Of a stretch of DNA of 64,000 bases, positions 58,233 to 64,000 are shown piece after piece (the first letter of the stretch is position 1; each line of letters begins with the position of its first letter). The notes under the pieces are model-generated. The model ran no database searches and was not told where the DNA came from. It saw only the letters and a list, made by a program, of their open reading frames with translations. The stretch lies in contig JAENWW010000007.1 of assembly GCA_016649875.1 (NCBI GenBank), positions 19,715 through 83,714 on the forward strand, written 5' to 3'. Source of the stretch: Coriobacteriia bacterium (GTDB taxonomy: Bacteria; Actinomycetota; Coriobacteriia; WRKU01; JAENWW01). Position numbers and translations under genes: made by a program.

Positions 58233-60323
58233 ATGTTGACATTGGGTCAGATAGGATTGGGGCTTGCACTCGTTGCGACCGTGCTCGCGGCAGTGTTCTT
58301 CTTGTTCGGACACCTGCAAAAAGGGGCCGATAAAAGTCTTTCGCGTATCGGCTACTACCTTACGTTCGCCGGCGTCGCCGGCCTCACGATTTCGGTGGTG
58401 ATCATCACCGTCTCGTTTTTCACCAAAGACTACAGCATCTCTTACGTCGCCACGCAACATACGACGGACGCGTCATCCCTCGCGTGGCTTTACAAGCTTG
58501 CGGGCTTGTGGGCCGGCCGGGAAGGCTCGCTGCTGTTTTGGACATGGCTCATGTCGCTTTTTGCGGGTTACGTAGCGTGGAAGAGCGTAGCAACCGAGGA
58601 TGAACTCGGCAACATGGCATTGATGATTATCAACACCATCATCGCTCTTTTCACGGTGGCGATGATTTTCTCCACACCGAACAATCCGTTCGTGGCGACG
58701 CCTGCCCAGTATTTGAGTAATGGAATGCTTGTCGGAGCGGCTGCTCAATGGGGGATGAGCCCGCTGCTGCAGCACTGGGCTATGATTTTGCACCCGCCGG
58801 CGCTCTTCATCGGCTATGCCGGTTTGACGGTTCCGTTCGCTTTCGCCATGTCGACGCTTATCATCAACGATTCATCCGATCGCTGGATAAGGTGGTCGGA
58901 CCGCATCACGATTTTTTCATGGCTGTTCCTCGGCATAGGAATCGGTTTGGGCGCCATTTGGGCCTACGTCGTGCTCGGATGGGGCGGTTATTGGGGGTGG
59001 GATCCTGTCGAGAACGCCTCGATTCTGCCGTGGTTCATCGGTGTCGCGATGATTCACAGCTTCACCATGTACCGTCGCAAGGGCGGATTCAAACGTTGGG
59101 CGATTATGAGCACGGCGATCACATTCGCCATGGTCGTTCTGGGCACGTTCATCACCCGCTCCGGAATCGTTCAGTCGGTGCACGCCTTTGCACCGGATAA
59201 CTTGTCGTTGTGGCTGTTCCTCTTCATCATCGTGGGTTCCATCGCGGCCGGGGTCATCGGTCTCGCCGTTCGTTGGAAAGAATTCGCCGGAGCCGACGAT
59301 TTCGATTCGTTGACCGGGCGCGAGGCGGCTTATTATTTCAATAACGTTTTGATGCTCGTCGCATCGGTTGTCATCGCCTACATGACGGTTGCTTCGGCGT
59401 TGCCGAAATGGCTGCCGTTCGGGGGGCAATCCTTGGGAGCGGTCGCCTATGACCTCATCGCCCGACCGGTCGGTATTCTCTATCTGGTCCTTATGGCGCT
59501 CTGTCCCGCTCTTTCATGGGCGCTTACCGACGGCGCGACATTTTGGAAGCGCATCAAGTGGCCGTTGGTCGCCACTCTCGTGATGTTCGGATTGTTGGTC
59601 ACCGAATGGCTGGTCAACCTTCGCCCCGTGTATGCCGATATGGTTGCACTCGGTGGAGATACGGCGAAAGGCTTCACGTCGTTCGGGCCACAAATCGTTT
59701 ACGATATTTTGACGCTTCTCGGATTCTTTTTCGCCTCGTTCGTCATTTGCAACACCGTTGCCCTTTTCGTTCGCGGCGTGAAAGCTCGCATGGGCGGGCG
59801 CGGTGAGGGAGTCGGTACGGCGCTTGGCGCGGTATTCTTCAAAGCGCGCAGCCAATCAGGTGGTTATTTGGCGCACATCGCCATCGGTATCATCGTCATC
59901 GGTCTCATCGGTTCGTCGATGTATGTCAGAGATGTTAACTCGACCATCCAAGCAAAGGTCGGTGAGACGGTTCAGGTCAGCAACTATGCGTTCACCTATA
60001 CCGGGAGCAAAGAGGTCACCAAGAGCAACGGCGATGTCGACAAGAAGGTCTATCTCACCGTTAAAAAAGACGGTAAACAAATCGGCGTAGTCACTCCTTC
60101 GTTGACCATGTTTGCGGCACAAGGCCAATCTCGCCTCAACGCGGTGGTGCTCACCGGACCGCTTCGCGATATCTTCGTCGTCTTTCAAGGGGATGTGAAC
60201 GGCACGCTTTCACTCGATGTCAAAATCAACCCGTTGATTTGGTTCGTGTGGATCGGCTTTATACTCCTGCTCATCGGAGCGGGACTTGCGGCGTGGCCGA
60301 AAAGGAAAGCAATTACTGCTTAA
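58233..60323 (+). CDS. ccmF: Cytochrome c-type biogenesis protein CcmF (haem lyase component)
   Basis: I trimmed the ORF to ATG 58233. It is multi-TM and contains the WWD-type motif WGGYWGWDPVENAS. Confidence 0.88.
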   Translation: MLTLGQIGLGLALVATVLAAVFFLFGHLQKGADKSLSRIGYYLTFAGVAGLTISVVIITVSFFTKDYSISYVATQHTTDASSLAWLYKLAGLWAGREGSLLFWTWLMSLFAGYVAWKSVATEDELGNMALMIINTIIALFTVAMIFSTPNNPFVATPAQYLSNGMLVGAAAQWGMSPLLQHWAMILHPPALFIGYAGLTVPFAFAMSTLIINDSSDRWIRWSDRITIFSWLFLGIGIGLGAIWAYVVLGWGGYWGWDPVENASILPWFIGVAMIHSFTMYRRKGGFKRWAIMSTAITFAMVVLGTFITRSGIVQSVHAFAPDNLSLWLFLFIIVGSIAAGVIGLAVRWKEFAGADDFDSLTGREAAYYFNNVLMLVASVVIAYMTVASALPKWLPFGGQSLGAVAYDLIARPVGILYLVLMALCPALSWALTDGATFWKRIKWPLVATLVMFGLLVTEWLVNLRPVYADMVALGGDTAKGFTSFGPQIVYDILTLLGFFFASFVICNTVALFVRGVKARMGGRGEGVGTALGAVFFKARSQSGGYLAHIAIGIIVIGLIGSSMYVRDVNSTIQAKVGETVQVSNYAFTYTGSKEVTKSNGDVDKKVYLTVKKDGKQIGVVTPSLTMFAAQGQSRLNAVVLTGPLRDIFVVFQGDVNGTLSLDVKINPLIWFVWIGFILLLIGAGLAAWPKRKAITA

Positions 60324-60346
60324 GGAATACAGGGGAGGCACGTTGA

Positions 60347-61081
60347 GTGTCTGACATCAATGAAATAGAATTCGCGCTGGAGGTTCGGGATGTGTCCCGA
60401 ACCTTCGGGGCGCGTAAAGCACTGAATAAGGTGAGTTTCGATTTGCCGAAAGGTGCTTTTCTCTCTATCTTCGGACCCAACGGCGCAGGTAAAACGACGC
60501 TGCTTCGCACGCTTTCGACACTGACTCAGCCTTCGCGCGGAAGTTCTGCGAAAGTGCTCGGTCTCGATGTCGTTAAAGATGCCGTCGAACTTCGGGAGCG
60601 TATCGGTATCATCAGCCACAATCCGCTTCTCTATCCGGATTTGACGGCGCAAGAAAATCTCGAGTTTTTCGCCGAACTCTACTGCATCGAACATGAGCAA
60701 GAGCGAATCGACGAGCTTCTTTCGGCGGTGGGACTTAAGCATCGCAGTCTCGATCTCGTACGCACATTCTCGCGTGGAATGACGCAGCGCCTCTCGATTG
60801 CGCGCGCTTTGCTCGCCGATCCGGAGATCATTTTTCTCGATGAACCCTATTCGGGGCTCGACCCCCACGCCATGGATATTCTCGATCAGCTCATCGCTCA
60901 AATTCGCGATAAGCATACGTTTGTCATGGTGAGCCATGATTTGGAAAAAGGACTCGAGCTTTGCAGCCATGCGCTCATTTTAGCCAAAGGCCAAGTCGTG
61001 CTTTTCGAAGAGCGTAAAGATATCGACAAAGAACAATTCAGCAAGACTTATCGTGAGACCGTCGGATTGGGGGTCTCCTAA
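60347..61081 (+). CDS. ccmA: Haem exporter ABC ATPase CcmA
   Basis: Contains Walker A GPNGAGKTTLL, the signature FSRGMTQR and Walker B IIFLDEP. Confidence 0.85.
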   Translation: MSDINEIEFALEVRDVSRTFGARKALNKVSFDLPKGAFLSIFGPNGAGKTTLLRTLSTLTQPSRGSSAKVLGLDVVKDAVELRERIGIISHNPLLYPDLTAQENLEFFAELYCIEHEQERIDELLSAVGLKHRSLDLVRTFSRGMTQRLSIARALLADPEIIFLDEPYSGLDPHAMDILDQLIAQIRDKHTFVMVSHDLEKGLELCSHALILAKGQVVLFEERKDIDKEQFSKTYRETVGLGVS

Positions 61082-61857
61082 TGGCGCGTGAACTCGATTA
61101 CGTGATGATGAAAAAGCCGAAAAGCGAACCTGAAAAGAGGAGCGGTTCCCTCAATATCTCAGGTTGGCGTCAGTTTAAGGCGATTTTGCGCAAAGACATC
61201 GTCATCGAACTTCGTACCAAAGAAATGATAACTTCGATGGGCCTGTATGCTTTGCTCGTCTTGGTTATTTATTACATAGCGCTTTCCAACGCCGGTTCGA
61301 GCTTCGAAACACAACGGATTGCCGCCGGACTTTTGTTCTTAGCGATAGTGTTCACTTCGATGCTCGGATTGAACCGCTCGCTCGTGCATGAAGTCGACCA
61401 GGGGTGCCTTGAGGCGCTTTTACTTTCGCCGATCGATCGGCCGATCATCTTTTTCGGCAAAGCGGTCGGTAACCTGATATTTCTGCTGATTGTCGAAGTG
61501 TTCGTGACACCGCTGTTTTATTTCATATTCCTCAGCTCCGCGAAAATGCAAAATAGCGGGCCGGTGTGGATGGTGGCCCTCGCGCTGGTCGTCGGATCCA
61601 TCGGCATTGCCGGTGTGGGAACATTGCTTGCCACCATGTCGGTGAACACCAAAGGCAAAGACTTCATGCTTTCGGTCATGTTCATACCGATTATGTTTCC
61701 TTTGCTGCTCGCAGTCGTCGCGGCGGCTTCTCAGGCGATTATGGGCGATCCCGGCTACGTGAAGGTGTTCTGGCAAATGATTGCAGCTGCCATCGCTTAC
61801 GATGCCCTCATGATCGGCGCATCGTTTGCGCTCTATGAATTCATTTTGGAAGCCTAA
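61081..61857 (+). CDS. ccmB: Haem exporter membrane protein CcmB
   Basis: 258 aa and about 6 TM segments. Its start overlaps the ccmA stop. It sits between ccmA and ccmC. Confidence 0.8.
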   Translation: MARELDYVMMKKPKSEPEKRSGSLNISGWRQFKAILRKDIVIELRTKEMITSMGLYALLVLVIYYIALSNAGSSFETQRIAAGLLFLAIVFTSMLGLNRSLVHEVDQGCLEALLLSPIDRPIIFFGKAVGNLIFLLIVEVFVTPLFYFIFLSSAKMQNSGPVWMVALALVVGSIGIAGVGTLLATMSVNTKGKDFMLSVMFIPIMFPLLLAVVAAASQAIMGDPGYVKVFWQMIAAAIAYDALMIGASFALYEFILEA

Positions 61858-61927
61858 AGGCGGCGTTGTTTCGTCTGCCTTTGCGTTAAGATAGATACAA
61901 CTTGTTGTGATTGTGAAAGGAGAGCGC

Positions 61928-62704
61928 GTGAAAAAGCAAATAAAAACCGCCGTCATTCTCATGCTCGTCGGCGGTTTGCTCACCGCAGCTGCGTTTCTCA
62001 TGGCGTTCTACACAGCCGAAGTACAGACCTTCGGCACCGTGAACCTCACCAAGGCTCAAGCGGCGGCTTCGAATACGGTTTTCGAGGTGGCGCCGGCGAA
62101 CTTGCAGCCGATCGACGGTACGATAAACTACCTCAGACCGTGGCTCAGCCAAAAGATTTTCTACTTCCATGTACCGTTAGCCGAGGCATCGTTCTTGATA
62201 TTTACCGTGGCGGCATTTTTCGCAATTATGTTCTTGTCCAAACGGCGCAAAAGTTTCGACACCAAATCGCGTATCGCGATGGAGGTTGCTTTTCTTTTTG
62301 TGATAGCCACGATGATAACCGGCGATCTTTGGACGAGGGCGTCGTGGGGAATGTGGTGGGATTGGGATCCTCGGCTCACCACGTATCTCATCATGATGCT
62401 TTTGATGCTCGTATATTTCGTGTTGCGCAATTCAATCGAAGACGAGGAGCGCCGAGCGATGTATGCTTCGGTCTTTTGCATCATCGCTTGGATCGATGCA
62501 CCGATTTCATTCTTCATCACGAGAATCATTCCTTCACAGCATCCCGTCGTGTTCAATTCGGGAATGGCATCTTCGAATTTGGTGCCGTTCATCGTCGCGC
62601 AAGTGGGGATGATTATGATAGGTTATGCGATATATACGCTTCGCGTTGGTGAGGAACAAAGTCGCGAGCGCCTCGAAATCATCAAAGAAGCGATTGAGAA
62701 CTAG
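61928..62704 (+). CDS. ccmC: Haem exporter / haem-handling protein CcmC
   Basis: Contains the WWD motif WGMWWDWDPRLTT. I prefer GTG 61928, which follows AAAGGAGAG, to track start 61907. Confidence 0.85.
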   Translation: MKKQIKTAVILMLVGGLLTAAAFLMAFYTAEVQTFGTVNLTKAQAAASNTVFEVAPANLQPIDGTINYLRPWLSQKIFYFHVPLAEASFLIFTVAAFFAIMFLSKRRKSFDTKSRIAMEVAFLFVIATMITGDLWTRASWGMWWDWDPRLTTYLIMMLLMLVYFVLRNSIEDEERRAMYASVFCIIAWIDAPISFFITRIIPSQHPVVFNSGMASSNLVPFIVAQVGMIMIGYAIYTLRVGEEQSRERLEIIKEAIEN

Positions 62705-62712
62705 GAGAGACC

Positions 62713-62910
62713 ATGTTTGAAACTGCAACGAACTCAGAACTCTATAAGCTTGTCTTGCAAGATGCCCCTTATGTCATTTGGGCGTATGCCATTTTGTGGA
62801 TTGCCCTGTGTGGATATGTAACTTTCATCTTGCGCCGCATGCTTAAAATCGAGAAAGAAATCGACGTGCTCAGCGATACCGTGGGCATTGTAAAAGAAGA
62901 AAGCAACTAG
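62713..62910 (+). CDS. ccmD: CcmD-like small membrane protein
   Basis: 65 aa with a single TM segment (VIWAYAILWIALCGYVTFIL) followed by basic residues. It lies directly after ccmC. Confidence 0.55.
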   Translation: MFETATNSELYKLVLQDAPYVIWAYAILWIALCGYVTFILRRMLKIEKEIDVLSDTVGIVKEESN

Positions 62911-62950
62911 TATTTTTCGCAAGCAAGCATCACGGAGGTGAAGAAGTAAC

Positions 62951-63799
62951 ATGGATAAAGTCTCGGTAGCTCTCTTTTGGGTGGCATTCGCCGGTCTGGC
63001 GGGATCATCTGTGCTTTTCAGCTATGAGCTCATACAGCGTCGGGCGGGTACCGTTCCGGCGAAAATGGTCGCGGCGATATCCCTTCTCATACTGACCGTT
63101 TCCATCGGATTGAACTCCATGGCCAACAAAGGGACTCCTCTGACCGGCGGAAACGAATTGATTTTGGCCGCTTGGGCTTTGCTCGTCCTCTTCTTCCTCA
63201 TCGAATACGTGCTGAAATTTAAAAAATATGGCATCGCTTTGGTTCCGGTTGCCGTCATTCTCATGGCTGTTGCGCAACTGGTCGGACGTGCGGAAGGCGA
63301 TATTGCCCCGGTTTCCGCCCTTCTCGGAGAGCAGATGCAAGGGCTCGGTGTCGGGTTTCATGTACTGCTCATCGTATTTGCGAACATGCTATTCCTCGTC
63401 GCCGCCATTGCGAGTGCCCTCTATCTCTACCAAGACAAACAACTCAAGACTCATTCGACGAGTTTGCTTTCACGCCGCTTGCCGGCGCTCGCCAATCTGG
63501 AAAAGCTCGCTTCACGTTCGGTGACCATCGCGCTCCCCGTGTATCTCGCCGGACAGTTGCTCGGTGTGATTCGTGCGATAAACGTCGATGCCGCCGGATG
63601 GTGGTCCGATCCGCGCGTCATGATGTCGGCCGCTGTTCTCATCGTGTTCGTCGTGTTCTCGGTTCTCACCATGCGTAACAAGATGAGCGGTCGCACCACC
63701 TCATGGATTGCCGTCGTCGGCGGTATCCTCGTGATCGTCTTGATGATCATCGCGCGTACGCTTCCTGTCGGGTTCCATGTTTTCGGAAACATTATCTAG
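62951..63799 (+). CDS. Cytochrome c assembly family membrane protein (CcsA/ResC/HemX-like)
   Basis: 282 aa and multi-TM, with a Trp-rich segment DAAGWWSDPRVMMS. Confidence 0.6.
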   Translation: MDKVSVALFWVAFAGLAGSSVLFSYELIQRRAGTVPAKMVAAISLLILTVSIGLNSMANKGTPLTGGNELILAAWALLVLFFLIEYVLKFKKYGIALVPVAVILMAVAQLVGRAEGDIAPVSALLGEQMQGLGVGFHVLLIVFANMLFLVAAIASALYLYQDKQLKTHSTSLLSRRLPALANLEKLASRSVTIALPVYLAGQLLGVIRAINVDAAGWWSDPRVMMSAAVLIVFVVFSVLTMRNKMSGRTTSWIAVVGGILVIVLMIIARTLPVGFHVFGNII

Positions 63800-63826
63800 C
63801 TTATTTCTCACACCAAGGAACACCTT

Positions 63827-64000
63827 ATGAAAATTTTCATCACCGGGGGCAGTAGTGGAATCGGACTCGCCACGGCTGTGCTTTATGCGAAACGGGGTGC
63901 GACGGTGACTATCGCCGCACGCAGCCTCGATCGACTTGAAAAAGCAAGCGCCGGTCGCTTTGAAACGGTCGTGCTTGACGTTACCGATGAGGAATCGGTT
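63827..64000 (+). CDS. Short-chain dehydrogenase/reductase, N-terminal fragment (3' end lies outside the window)
   Basis: Starts MKIFITGGSSGIGLATA (TGxxxGxG Rossmann motif). The ORF is open at the window end. Confidence 0.8.
   Translation, partial: MKIFITGGSSGIGLATAVLYAKRGATVTIAARSLDRLEKASAGRFETVVLDVTDEESV

Noticed and set aside
1-64000. CRISPR arrays, rRNA genes, tandem or dispersed repeats other than the 52-mer, toxin-antitoxin or known defence-system genes
   Set aside because: I saw no regularly spaced short repeats and no rRNA-like sequence. I also saw no nuclease, methylase or ATPase modules outside annotated housekeeping genes. A visual scan cannot exclude short dispersed repeats, and a self-dot-plot would be needed.

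Overview
This window is mostly core housekeeping DNA from a moderately GC-rich genome. Hand counts of single 60-nt lines give about 47-57% G+C.

Gene layout, left to right:
- 1-6.6 kb: a Tad/Flp pilus locus (tadA 3' end, tadB, tadC, two Flp pilins, TadE/F/G-like pseudopilins, DUF192, Zn-ribbon/FHA).
- 6.7-12.2 kb: veg-ispE-NTP transferase-tRNA-Gln-glmU-prs-pth.
- 12.2-20.6 kb: an M23 peptidase, nfnAB-like oxidoreductase, the UPF0210/ACT pair, DUF951, a degenerate LytM-like protein, two small coiled-coil proteins and a nitroreductase.
- 20.7-41.5 kb: the complete str/S10/spc/alpha ribosomal-protein supercluster (rpsL to rplQ, including rpmJ, which is absent from the ORF track).
- 41.5-49.6 kb: tilS-hpt-ftsH-folE-folP/folK-panB-panC.
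- 51-57.4 kb: a DedA-BirA fusion, bioY, a two-component system, coaX and an uncharacterised gene pair.
- 57.5-63.8 kb: a ccmEFABCD-type cytochrome c maturation operon.

The gene content and Firmicute-like synteny suggest a Coriobacteriia-like actinobacterium, but this is inference only.

Main anomalies:
1. A roughly 1.3-kb AT-rich segment (about 30-45% G+C) lies between panC and the birA fusion. It carries a clostridial-style NMO/FabK-like gene with its own promoter and a perfect 19-bp palindrome, and is bracketed by a 52-bp direct repeat (51/52 identical).
2. An SOS-box-controlled Y-family polymerase plus an unknown 91-aa ORF sits antisense between secY and adk.
3. CcmE is a CxxxY variant with a duplicated OB-like domain.
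4. The biotin ligase is fused to a DedA membrane domain, next to bioY.
5. Seven spacers of 80-146 nt, several with clear hairpins, lie inside the ribosomal-protein operons.

I found no CRISPR array, rRNA, transposase or recognisable defence system. Nothing here can be called novel without database searches.
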